NCBI GenBank assembly: GCA_037447605.1
Contig: CM074814.1
Coordinates: 1,488,001-1,552,000, forward strand
DNA: 64,000 nt
Source: Zygnema circumcarinatum SAG 698-1b
Lineage: Eukaryota > Plantae > Zygnematophyceae
Reading direction: 5' to 3'
Positions 9,058 to 20,486 of this stretch are shown here, in pieces. The notes under the pieces are model-generated. The model was not told the DNA's origin, did not search any database, and worked only from the letters and a program-made list of their open reading frames with translations. The translations under genes and the position numbers were made by a program. Position 1 is the stretch's first letter. The number at the start of each line of letters is the position of its first letter.

Positions 9058-11014
9058 ATGGCGGCTCTTCAGGCAGTTGGTCTGCACTACGCAGCGCCCG
9101 CTCCCGTGAATCCTTTGACTGTTAATAAGGAGCTTTCTTCAAAGTTTTCCAATCCGAAAACAAGGTTGAGCGTGAAGGCAAGGCCGTCACGTTGCATTGT
9201 GCGATCTTCGTCTGATAAGGTTCGTCTGCTTTTCATTGGTGGTGGAGATTGGGCAGGAGATTCAGAGTGACCTGCTTGCTTGCCTCAATATCTGTCGTTG
9301 GTACTATTTCGTGGGGAATAGCTGTAGGCAAAGGAGCATGGCGCCGCTCTTTGGTCATAGATTTTCTTGAGTTGGTCGCGTTGTTTGTGATAACATCCAA
9401 AGGCAATTACTATGTAGAAGGGAACTTCAGGAATGCATGCTAGTTGCTTTGAGGTTCACGTTCTCCTCTGCCGGATTTTGTGAAGAATTTTTGCTCACCT
9501 TAAAAAAATTTCCTCGACAGGATGACGAAACAGCTATTGCATCCCGTTTCGATGGAGTGAAGAGGGCTGCCATCGTCGGGTGCCTGTCCATTTTAGCGGT
9601 TGGATCGCAGCCACTCGTTTTCCCGTCAGCATCAGACGCCTTCCCACAGGACGCATTGCGACCAGCTGCCAAGATTGGTAGTCCTGCTGGCGCAGCGAAT
9701 TCATACGACCGAGTTTTTGCAGGCAAGGGAAAGATAGCTGGTGCAGTAGCGGATGCTGCAAAGGGCCCTGCAGACGCAGTTGCTAGCCTTGGAAATGGAA
9801 AAATTCAAGATCTGGTTGCAGATGCCAAAGGCAGCACAGTGGCTGATGTTAAGGGAAGGGCAGATGATGCCGCTGGAGATTTGAAGGGGAAGGTTGGAAG
9901 CTTGTTCGGTGGAGCAAAGTCTAACGTTGATAGCTCAGTCAGTGACGTGAAGGGCAAGGCGAGTAAGACTGCAGGGAATGTAACCGGTAATGCAGATAAC
10001 TTTTTTGGCGATGTGAAGAGGAACGCTGACAAGGCTCTTGGTGATGTTTCTTTCAACTTTGGTGGACTATCCGACGATGCAAGGAAAAGTGCTGAGAAGA
10101 CAACCGCAGAGGTGAAGGGCAATGTTGACGGTGCTGCTGGTAGTCTGAAGGGGAACGCCGATGGCTTTTTCGGTCAAGCAAAGGGGAATGTCGACAACGC
10201 AGCAGGCAGTCTGAAGGGCAAAGCTGATAATCTGTTCGGCCAAGCAAAGGAGGGAGTAGAAAGCTCTGCCGGTGATGCCAAGGGCAATGCAGATAATGCT
10301 GCGGAGGGCTTGAAAGGCAAAGCAGATAGCCTTTTCGGTGACGCGAAGAGGAATGTTGACAAGGCTCTTGGTGACGTTTCTGTCGACTTAGGTGATCTAG
10401 ACGGTGTGAAAGGGAATGTCGAAAAGACAGCTGGCGAGGCTAAAGGAAATGCTGATAGTCTTTTCGGCCAAGCAAAAGGAAACGTTGATAACGCTGCGGG
10501 TAGCCTGAAGGGAAATTCCAGTAACGTCTTCGGTCAGGCGAAAGGGAACGTTGATAGCTCAGTGGCAGATGCCAAGGGGAATGCGGATAATGTAGCCAGC
10601 GACCTGAAAGGCAAGGCTGATGATTTTTTTGGAAGCGCAAAGAAGAACGTCGATAAAGCTCTTGGTGATGTTTCAGTGAATTTGAATGACCTGACTGGTA
10701 GTGCGAAGGGAAACGTTGAGAAGACAACTGGAGACGTCAAGGGGAGTGCGGATGATGCTGCGGGCAGTCTCAAGGGCACAGCCGATAGCTTCTTTGGTCA
10801 GGCAAAGGGGAATGTTGACAGTGCTACTGGTGACCTGAAAGGGCAGGCCGATAGCTTGTTTGGGCAAGCGAAGGGGAAGGTTGACAGCTCGGTAGCTGAT
10901 GCCAAGGGCGCTGCAGATAACGCTATTGGGAGCTCGAAAGGAAAGGCTGACAACATTTTCGGCAGTGTTAAGCAGAATGCAGACAAGGCCCTGGGAGATG
11001 TCTCTCTTGATTAA
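9058..11014 (+). CDS. LEA-like 11-mer repeat protein with predicted bipartite chloroplast/thylakoid presequence (551 aa)
   Basis: Exons 9058-9219 and 9521-11014 (phase 0). N-terminus is S/A/R/K-rich (...ARPSRCIVRSS), then KRAAIVGCLSILAVGSQPLVFPSASDA, then tandem 11-mers of type (A/L/V)KG(N/K)(A/V)Dxx(A/F)G. Confidence 0.85.
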
Positions 11015-12159
11015 TCTTGGTAATGTTGCAGACGACGCCAAAGGCAGCGCTGATAATGTTACTTGAGATGTTAAGGAGCGTGTAGGACACTGTAGAGGAC
11101 ACGCTGGACACTGTAAAGAGCAAGTCAAGCGGCGCAGTGTAGGAGACACGGCTATGTTTCCCCCATGGTTCGATTTGTTTTTTGTACATTCACCTTCACA
11201 AACTAAACCATTTTCCTTCGTCGGTTTCCTTATAATTTCATTCTCGTCGCATTTCAGATGTTACTCCTCATTTCGTGACTTTTGTAATACTTTCTCTTTT
11301 CACAGTAAGCTTGTTGTTTCCTCGTTGGCGGCTTCTTTTTCGAACTTTCCTGCTTACTCGCAAAGATCTTTTGAAATCGCTAGACGAGACGAGCCTATGC
11401 ATGACAAAACACGGTATTGTTATTTGCTGATTTGCATCGTCTGTTGCATAAACTAATAAGCTTTTCTGGTTCTTTTAAGGGTCTTAAGGCTATCTTATAT
11501 CGTATAAAGAAATGAAGGATTTGTAGGGCTTTCAGAGTCTCTAGGTCTTCCAGAGCTTTCAGGGTTTCTGGTGCGTTCAGGGTTACTGGAGCGTTGAAGC
11601 TGTTCCATGTTGGTCGTGTCTCAAATTCGCTGTCCTTGGATTGACATGGAAACCGATGTTGAACGGATGTTTACGGCTTTCAGTCATACATAGCGAAGCG
11701 GTGGAACTGGGTCAACAGCTGTCCAATAGCATGATACAAGACATGGAACAGTCAGAATGGATGGATGCACGACGGAAATTTTCACACCATCTGCTCTATG
11801 GCGCCATCATATCACCACAACAATCCCAAGTAATATCATATGAGCAGAAACTGTAATTGGCAAAATAGATTAAATGGGAACCTAGGAATGGGGCGTATTC
11901 ATTCCACATCACAACAGGCACAGCCTGCAGCGATCTACATTGCAACTATACTTGTTAGAGGGAGAGAGCAAAAGCAAAAGCTGCAAAAGTTGTGACAGCT
12001 GCGACACTGCATATGTAAAGCAAACTTCATTTCTTAATGTCCTAATTTTAATTTACATCTGCAATGTTTGACACGATCGATCTTTGTTGTTCGATGACGT
12101 CCGCATCAAGGGAAAGATGCGCGTTTGTGCGCTGCGAAACTTCCCTGCGGCAGTTGCTG

Positions 12160-12590
12160 GCTGTTGTACAAAGATTCATTGGTTTGCTTCCTAATAGTGC
12201 CCAGGAAAGTGCGCCCCCGTTTGCTTCCCTTGCCGTTGAGTCTGTTCCGCGTATCCAGCCCACTTTGACTGACGAGCTTGTTGCTGCTGAGTTTTCTACC
12301 CTTATTGCGGCTCGTCCTCCTTGTGTTGCGCGTGCTCGGGGTCGCTCTTGTGCCAGTCCTGGAGCTGGGGCTTGGTTGGCTGTTACCCCGATATTCTCTA
12401 CCCTTCGTTTGACCCAAGCCAGTTTCAGCTTGCGGCACGACTTCGTCTTCGGCTCCCCCACCCCCATTGCAGAGTTTCCCTCGTTGTGTTTGTGGTGATT
12501 CGATTGATGCGCAGGAGGGCGTCCATCTTCTTCGACGCGCACGCGGGGGCGAACGCATCTTGGCTCATAGTGTTGTGCGCAACGCGATTC
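12160..12590 (+). mobile_element. Decayed fragment of a CRE-like (RLE-type) non-LTR retrotransposon, post-RT and zinc-knuckle region
   Basis: Across two frameshifts it reads ...ARARGRSCASPGAGAWLAVTP...LRLT/PSQFQLAARLRLRLPHP/LQSFPRCVCGDSIDAQEGVHLLRRARGGERILAHSVVRNAI. This matches the GAWL...RLG.P / CxC-x8-H-x3-C / GGER..HD.V pattern, with C>R and D>S decay. The 5' boundary is approximate. Confidence 0.72.
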
Positions 12591-13048
12591 CATTGACCGA
12601 CTGTCCATGGCGAGCGCGGAGTTCGCCCTGATTTGGCCCTCCCTCCCTCCCTCATGGACGGTGCTCGCCGCATTGTTGGGGATGTAGCGTTGCCCGATCC
12701 GCCCCGTCGCGATTTGTTGTCGCGTGTCGCGCACCGTGACGGCTCGTCATGCGGCCCGTCGCAAGGACCGCTCTATGCCCATCGTGACGTGACGCGACGA
12801 GACGTGACGTGACGCGGCCGACGAGTTTGTGCTGTTGAGATTTTTGGTCGCCTCGGCGCCCGTTTGGATGCCTTCTTTCCTTCGGCCGTGCGCCCATCGC
12901 TCCTTGAAGATGCGCGCACGGCCCCGGAAGGAAGGAAGCCCTCGTCCACCGACCTTGGCTTCGTTTTATGGACAGCGTATTTCCGTCGCCCTTGAGCTGT
13001 GCCTCGCTTCTCCGTTCCTTCGGCGTGAAGCCGCGGTTGGTTGTTGCT

Positions 13049-13266
13049 GGCCTTCCGCCGCTCCCTCCCTCCGCGCGATGTGATGGGCCGCACATTGGTG
13101 ACCTTCGCGGCGGCTTTTAGGGCTGCGTTGTTGCGCCCAGATGTAGTTTTCCGCTTTTAGCTTCTTTCTTTTGTGCTTAGGTCCTTGGCGACCAGTTCCT
13201 CGTGGTTCCCCATGCTGATTTTTTCCATGTTTTTCCATGGCATCATCGCCATCGTGCGATCAATGC
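13049..13266 (-). repeat. Dispersed repeat family A, copy 1
   Basis: Reverse complement begins GCATTGATCGCACGATGGCG...CATGGGGAACCACGAGGAACTGGTCGCCAAGGACCTAAG; colinear with 33448-33670. Confidence 0.85.
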
Positions 13267-13572
13267 GACTTCCCTTCGAGATAAAAATTGCATCGCACAG
13301 TGCTTGGCGGGGTCCAAACTCTCTTGGCAGAATGGTCCCGACGTTACGCACTTAACTTTTTTTTTGACGTTGAAGGTGCGCCAATCCAATCCAATCCACT
13401 CCAATTGCACAAACAAATGACATGGAACGCGCTCAATTCGCCCGACTTGTCCCACGCGAACTGCGTGGCATGGAACAACGGGCCGCGAGCAGACCGCGCC
13501 GAGGGGACAGCTGGGAACTGCAGAGAAAATGGTTGCCGTGGCAGCCAGCCGCGGCCCTCGGCCTGCGTGCCC

Positions 13573-13811
13573 GCCACGTGGCGCCGCGCACAGCGCGGAC
13601 CGCTCCTTGCGCGACGTGGCGCCAGCCCCCACATCCACACGGCACGAGTTCGGGTACAAATGGGGCTTTAAAATAACTCATTTCCCGGCGGTCGTTCGTG
13701 GCAGTCTACTTGGCGACCTCTGCGGCCCGGCCGGTGGTCCCCGCCAAGCTGCAAGGGCCACGTGGATATGCCACGTGGGCAGACTGAGTTCGCGTCGCCG
13801 CTCGCCACGTC
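13573..13811. promoter_or_regulatory. ABRE/G-box cluster upstream of the secretory LEA-like gene
   Basis: GCCACGTGGC 13573, GACGTGGC 13613, GCCACGTGG 13757 and 13770, GCCACGTC 13804. Confidence 0.6.
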
Positions 13812-14022
13812 AGCGGGCAGCTGAGGTGGACCGTCTGGAACCTTTCCCGGGGAGAGGCCCTTAAAAGAGACGGTCCGGAGAAAGGAGTTCGGCAGTTCCA
13901 GGACCCAAGCTTGCGCGGTTCTCGGAGGTGCTCCAGGTTGCGGTGTTCGAGTGACTGCTCAAGCATCAGCAGGAGGAGGAGAAGGCGGCGTTGGAGGGCG
14001 GGTTGACTCGACTTTTTTCATC

Positions 14023-15450
14023 ATGGCGCGGGTGTCTATGGCGCTTCTGGCGGGGGCCGTGCTGCTGCTGCATGTGGCAGGAACGACGCTGGCTTTTGGT
14101 GACAAGTCCGCCACGCAGAAGTCAGCAGATTATGCGACTGAGACGTACGATGCTGCAGAGAAGCAGGCGAAGGATGCTGCTGCAGCAGCAAGTGATACTG
14201 TTGGAAAGGCGTACAAGTCTGCAACCGATGCTGCTGCTCAAGCTGCAGAGCAGGCGAAGCAAGCTGCCAGTTCTGCCTACGGGACATCCAAGAAAGCGGC
14301 TTCAGATACTGTAAAGAGTGGTCAGGATACAGCTAATGCAGCGTCTGATGCTGCGATGGAAACTGAGAAAAGCTGGACAGACTGGGCTAAGGAGAAGGTT
14401 GGTGGAACCCAGCAGGATGCTTCGGACACAGTAAAGGCCGCACAAGACAAGGCTTCGGATCTGGCAGGAAGTGGCCAGGATCAGGCCGCCAAGGCATCCG
14501 AATCTGCATCAGAGACAGGAAAGAGTTGGACGGATTGGGCTCGTGAGAAGGTCGCTGGAGCTAGTGACGAAGCAAGCAAGTACGTTTGTCGACCGTTCAA
14601 TTTTGCTGCTCTTGTAGCATAAAGGAAGCATTGCTTTTCGCACAGGGATTCATTCCTTCCATAAGTTGCTCGTTTGGCTTGACCTTACAACGTCGTGTTT
14701 GAATTAGATTACCTTTTCTTTTCCCATGGGTTGTCTTGCAGGCAAGGAACAGAGATGAAGGATAGTGCCACGAAGTCTGCTCAGCAGACTGCTGATCAAA
14801 CTCGTGAACGTACAACTGGGCTCAAGGACCAAGCGACGCAAGCTGGTTCAGGTAAACGATTTTAATTACCTTTTCACAGCAAGAACATGGAGCTCTGATT
14901 TTTCTGTAGCTGCGTTATCATGTCGACAAGCTGATGCAACGTTTGTCGGTTATTGTGTGTGGCAGGTGCTGCTGGTCAGGCATCCGAGACCGCAGAGAGT
15001 TTCAAGAAACAGGCAAGCAGTCTCTATGACCAGGCAATTGCTGCTGCCAATGAGGCTGTAAAGAAAGCTCAGAACCTGCTCTCCAAGTCATCTCAAAATA
15101 TTGCAAGCCAGGAGGAATATGCTAAGCAGGCAACTGGTGGTGCTGCCAAACAGGCTACGGACCAATACAACAAAGTTCAGGATGCCGCAACCCAAGCCGC
15201 CGAGACTGCCAAGCATGCTACCGGTGATGCAGCTCAGCAAGCGAGCGACAAATATGCCGATGTCAAAGAATCTGCCTCAAAGGTTGCTGGAGATGCTGGT
15301 GAGAAGCTGAGATCTGCAGCGAAGTCCGGTACAGAGGGGGCTAAGGACAGCTCCGATTATACCAGTGAGCAGGTGAAGCAGGCGGCGGACAGCGCTGCTC
15401 AGAAGATTAAGCAGACTGCTGGCTCCACGGAGGGAAAGATTGAGCTGTAA
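14023..15450 (+). CDS. LEA group 3-like protein with signal peptide and C-terminal KIEL (383 aa)
   Basis: Exons 14023-14579, 14742-14851, 14966-15450 in frame. Signal peptide MARVSMALLAGAVLLLHVAGTTLA; two KSWTDWA(K/R)EKV motifs; A/K/Q/T/S/D-rich repeats. Confidence 0.88.
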
Positions 15451-16505
15451 GTTTTGCGGAGCTTACGTGTACATTGCTGTATAGAGTGGATTGGAGGTAC
15501 GAACGTTTGGTAGTGTAGAGCAAAGGAGGAAACTCATCGGTCAGTCGGTACTTCAATTGTTGCACTCTGTAACGACAAATGTATCAAATTGTGGTTACCA
15601 GTGAATGGAGTTCTTACAACACGGTTTGGAATTGGATATTGGTGTTTGTTTGTTCGAGTCGCTGGATATGTTCTGTGGGCGGCGAGTGTATGTGTTCTGC
15701 TGATTCTTGGGCCGAGAACGTTGTGTATTTGTTTGTTACTATGGCGGAAGATGGAAGGCAATGCCTGACATGCGTTGCAGACATGTGTTGTAGCTTGCTT
15801 GCAACCATGGTTGCGTGCAGGTTTGCCTTATTTGCATTTATAAAAGTATTTTCTTGAGTACAAATTTTAAACTTGAATATTATCTGTTACCACCACGTGC
15901 AAACATTAAATGGAGAGAAACATCCCCACCCGACAGGCTACAGTTCAAATTTTGGCGTTCCCAAAATACAGATGTATAGTTGTATGTATAGTTCTTCCTT
16001 GAAACGGACAAACAAATCTCGGTCATTTCCTTTTTTGATGGAATCGATCATGCGTTTGTTGCTGGTGAACTTTAAGAAAAATTATGATTTTTTACCTTGC
16101 CATCGTTTTCCCCATCGAAACATGTTAGCTGACACTTCTGCACCCTAAAAAGCCCTAAACACCCTAACCCCCCTAAAAAACAAAATTGCACTTCACTCTT
16201 CTCGTCTGTTTAGAATGTGTTTGCAACAAACGACCACGATAATAATAGTGAGTGCTGTACTCTCGCTGCACACCCTGCTTTGCATTCGTCCGTCTCCATG
16301 CTCTTGTATTGGAGCGCGGGGGACGTCTCGCTCTCGCGCCGACCCGCCCGCGCCTGAAGGTGCCCTCTCTGCGTTTTTGCAGAGCCCGAGCCGCCGCCCG
16401 ACCCTGTCGCCCGCCCCGCTCCGCCGGTCGCCGCAGCCGTACCGTTCGTACGCGCCCTTGCTTCATGCGGCCTCCTCGCAATAGCACTACCTCGGAGGCA
16501 ACAAC

Positions 16506-16942
16506 TGTGATGATGATGATGCTACGGGTTGTACGGACTGTTGTACGGAAGCTGTACGGATATACGTACGGACAGGCGTACGGATACTATACGGAATATG
16601 TACGGGCGAAAGAGAGACTGCGCATGTGAGAGAGTTCAGGAAGGTCTGTGCAGGAAGAGAAGTGTCAGGCGGAGGAGAAGCGTCTGGCGAAGCGTCGCAA
16701 ATGTATGGTGCTCAAGAAGGAGGATTCAGAAAGGAGAATTCTGGAAGCTTAGACATTGGGTAGAAAAGAAGCGCTGCGCAGATGTAGAACACAGTGAAGA
16801 GAGAACAGGAAGAGAGAAGAGAGGATGAAGTGATCTGTAATGAGGCCTCATATGAAATAAAGAAGTGTTTATGAGTTGTGTGTTGATCTTGTGAGAACAT
16901 GTGTTTTGTATGTCAAGCTTGAATGTGTTCTCTTCTGTCACA
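16506..16942. mobile_element. Solo LTR (437 bp), TSD ACAAC
   Basis: TGTGA...TCACA termini; ACAAC at 16501-16505 and 16943-16947; about a dozen differences from 3986-4423 by manual comparison. Confidence 0.9.
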
Positions 16943-17250
16943 ACAACAACATGGAGCATGACCAACACAACATGCTCCACTCCCCACCACTCTCCCTCTC
17001 CTATACCAAAATCCCATAGAACGCCTTGTACTGCTTCGACACCGGAGTCTGCGAGAGCTGCTGGACTTTTGGGGGCACGGCAGACACAATACAGACACTT
17101 TGGGTGGAAATGCATACAGGTATTGCAACCGAGTGTCGTAACATAGACACAAGTTAAATCACCTTCCTGAAGTTTAAAAAAACCGCTGGGATAGACATAG
17201 GTTGAAAGTTCCTCAAATCTTAAGTATCAAACAACGGACTACAAATAATT

Positions 17251-17790
17251 GGAGAACTATATACCCCCCCCCCTTTTTTATTATCCCGCCCCTGTTTTTT
17301 TGAAATCCCACTCTCCCATATTGACTATTCCCGCCCCCCCCCCTCCCATTTTGGCTAACCCCCCCCATTTTGGATATTTCGGGAGGAGATTCTGCTCATT
17401 CTCTCTCACTCCTTTGCTCTCCTCTGCTCTCTCCGCTAGTCTCTCTCTTTGCTCTCACTCCTCTGCTCTCTCTCTCTCTCCCCTATACTCTCTCTCCTCG
17501 GCTCTCACTCCTCTGCTCTCTCTCCCTCCTCTTCTCTCCTCCGCTCTCTCTCTCTCCTCTGCTCTCGCTCTCCTCTGCTCTCTCTAGTCTCTCTCCCCTC
17601 TGCTCGCTCTCCTCTGCTCTTCAAGAGAGAGAGAGAGAGAGAGAGAGAGTCTCCCTCTCTTTTCTGCTCTGCTCTCCCTTTGCGAATGTCTTTACGGACG
17701 TTGCGCTGATGTGTGAGAAGGAGAAAACAATGGGGGAATGTCCAAAGTAGAGGGGGGGGATATCCCAAAATGGGAGGGGGGGAATAGCCA
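17251..17790. mobile_element. Degenerate Mutator-like relic with CT-rich interior
   Basis: Starts GGAGAACTATATACCCCCC. Contains TTTTGGATATTTCGGGAGGAGATTC and GAAGGAGAAAACAATGGGGGAATGTCC, resembling the arms of the elements at 49435-51069. No right terminus or TSD found. Confidence 0.4.
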
Positions 17791-18359
17791 GCGGGGCATT
17801 AAGTCGGATCAGATTTTCCGAATCTTGCAAGCCACTCCTGAGATGTTTCCTTAGCGAGTTGAGTTGACGTTTTTTTACCGTTACAAAAAAACGATGCAAA
17901 GTTAGGCCAGAGCCGTGCTTGAAGCCCGCGGCCAGGAGGATGAAGACAGCGCAGCTTTTACATAATTTAAATTTTATGCACAATAATCTGTATTATACCT
18001 TTCATATAATTTCACAACGTCAGCACGGTATTTAGTACAACAACTGCAACGTGCTTTATGAAATAAATGTGCGAACCTTTAGAGCTACTTCAAGGAAGTT
18101 GCACGCAGGATATGGTTGCTTTCAGTACAAGAAATGGATGTCAAGGGCAAAGTCATCACCCATTAGAATCGAAAACGGTGAACTTAAAGATAAACGAGAT
18201 GTAGGAAAAGATTGAAAATAACTATTATACAATTTGGCAAATCTAATATAACAATGACAGTAATATTCTCCTCATACCAAGCATATCAAACAAGCGCTGC
18301 ACTTCTTTTGAGCAACAAATTGCAGATGACGCACGAGTAGCCTGCAAAGGCTGTCTGAC

Positions 18360-19115
18360 TTATTTCAACTGGGAGCTGTTTTCGTCAAATGCGACTTCAT
18401 TGTTGGGCCCGTCTGAAATACTTGGAGCATCTTCCGCCGAGCTAGCAAGCTCCGCCACGAGGTTCTCGAGTTTCCAGTGACGTATGGAGATGCTGACTAT
18501 TTCTCCTCTGAAAGGCTCCGGCGAATCTGCTTTAACTATGTGAGAGATTTCACCAGTTTGTCTGAAGGCCATGGAGGCAACATACGCGAGCAGAGCAGCT
18601 CTCTTCATAGAAGTCATAGGCTTCGTCGATCGTTTCGACTGTTCAACTGAAACTGACCCCAAAGGATCCCTCTGAGTAGAGTCCACTCTTTCCTGCGCAC
18701 GAAAAATAAACAACATGAGACCACCGACTTTATGAAAAACCCGTTATGATGCCCGTACAAACGAACAAAATAATAAGAAAAATAAATGAAGATCCTTGCA
18801 AAGCAGCGCTGGCTTTCCCTTGGTGTACTTTTCAAAATATTAGAAAGTCGAGCTGACAAGAAGTACGACAGTTGGTTTTCTATCCCACTAGTTGATTACA
18901 GCTCTCAATGAACATACCTGGCCCTCCTTTCCCTGAGCGCAGCACGTTGCCGAGAAATCCCGCGCAACAGAGGTCTCTCGCCATTTAACACAGCTTGCAG
19001 TTCTGCCGCTTGTTGCAAAACCAGCGCTATTGCTCCCGAATCGATCTTGATCCATGCAGCGCAAGCTGCCTACGGCCATAGTCGCTGTCCGTCCACAGAC
19101 ATGTGCAGCTGCCAT
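18360..19115 (-). CDS. Orphan protein with predicted plastid/thylakoid-transfer presequence (~176 aa)
   Basis: Exons 19115-18918 and 18692-18360 (CAG|GTATGT, GCGCAG|GAA, phase 0). Contains MKRAALLAYVASMAFRQTGEISHIVKA|DSPEP. The 3' structure is uncertain because cryptic donors exist in exon 2. Confidence 0.55.
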
Positions 19116-19306
19116 CCTTCCCTCGTCAACAAAACCGACTAAAACAAGGAAATCTTAGCCCCGTATGTCTACGCTTTGAACACAAAAGAAGAAGCTCCTC
19201 CCTTCTCTAGTCAGTCTCTGCAAGCAGCTGCGAATACGAAAGCCCAGCCCAGCTCCTCCTGCGGCCGCTGACAGCTCCAAATCCTGCACACCGCAGTGCA
19301 GGTGGC

Positions 19307-19513
19307 CGCTATTTATGAGGCCTCCTGCCGGACAGGCTCCGGCCTCTCCATGCGCCAGGTGGCAGGTTTCGCACGTGTCCAGGTGTTCAAGACACGCGTC
19401 CAGAGCACGCTGCGACGTCTGGCGGAGCTGTTGCCTCTGATTGGACAACGTGGCAGCAAAGTGTCCACGTGGTGGCTAATACGACAGAACAGAAGTAAGC
19501 CTGCACACGTGGC
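19307..19513 (-). promoter_or_regulatory. TATA-like box plus ABRE/CE3 cluster for the 19115 gene
   Basis: ATAAATA on the minus strand at 19307-19313; CACGTGTC 19372; GACACGCGT 19391-19399 (ACGCGTGTC on minus, the CE3 core); ACGTGGC 19448; CCACGTGG 19465; CACACGTGGC 19504. Confidence 0.6.
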
Positions 19514-19579
19514 CGTTGCGGACTGGTCATCGTTTGAGAAGCGGACGACAGCCGGTTGGGTACGGTAACAGGTCACAGG

Positions 19580-20085
19580 GCGGACCATTGGATCGCTAAC
19601 CATTGGGAGACCATTGGTTGGCAATGGTTGGCTGGACTGTGGTTCGGATAGCATTTCCAACCAATGGTTCAGTATTCGGACCATTGGCAATGGTTGGCCA
19701 GGCCCGAAACCAAAGTTATTAACCGTTACCAACAGTTCCATAAAGGGCTATTATAATCTAAATATGTCGAAGAAATTAACATGACATATTTATCACTGGA
19801 CTATGGTGGTTAGCAATTGTTGGCAACCATGGAATCCAGTGGTTTGAGCCTTGACAATGGTTGTCAATTACCCAATTGTCCGATCTGTGCCGTACTGCAC
19901 AGGTCGTACCATTGAATCTGCAAACAATGGCTCAAGTCCCAACCACTGTGATGACAATGATTGCAACCATTGGCGATGGTTGTTGACTATTGGTAAACAA
20001 TGATTGGCTGCATCTGCCAGTCAATGGTTGCAACCATTGAATTTGATGGTTCAAATGCTGGCAATAGTTGGCAACCATTGATTTT
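19580..20085. repeat. Array of about 20 CAACCATTG/CAATGGTTG-type motifs in both orientations
   Basis: Examples: GGACCATTGG 19582, CAATGGTTGG 19622 and 19688, CAACCATTGG 19964, CAATGGTTGCAACCATTG 20022-20039, CAACCATTG 20071. No terminus or TSD identified. Confidence 0.7.
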
Positions 20086-20486
20086 AGGGATTTCTGCACA
20101 TACTCTTGCGCATTGCAGCTATAATCAAAGAGCTTGAAACAAGGCCACTGTGCTTTCTCCGATTCCGCTTGAACCCACTGACTACTTATAAGCGCTTGGA
20201 ATTGAGATTGGCAAGAAATTGACAGACATTCCCAGGGCTCAGCTGCCACACAGAATTATTGCACTGTGCGCCTACAAAAGGGCGGACTTTGCTTTCCTTA
20301 AGCGCTCGTCTGCCTGTACATACTCTCTCGCAAAACTTTATAGATCTGTATAACAGGTAAGTCCCAAAAAATAAATGGCCAAACTTAACTTTTCTGGAGC
20401 ATTTTGTAGGCAGAAAATTCTGTGAAGACTGGACATACACAATCAGCCCCTCCTTAGGATAGTGATAAAATTGAATATCAATACGC

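Noticed and set aside
9437-9520. ORF-track starts at 9437, 343, 13951, 39265 and similar
   Set aside because: They fall in introns or leaders; spliced models give coherent proteins.
12048-12734. 228-aa minus-strand ORF and overlapping GC-rich ORFs to 13100
   Set aside because: Antisense to the retrotransposon relic and repeat DNA; no domain or splice support.
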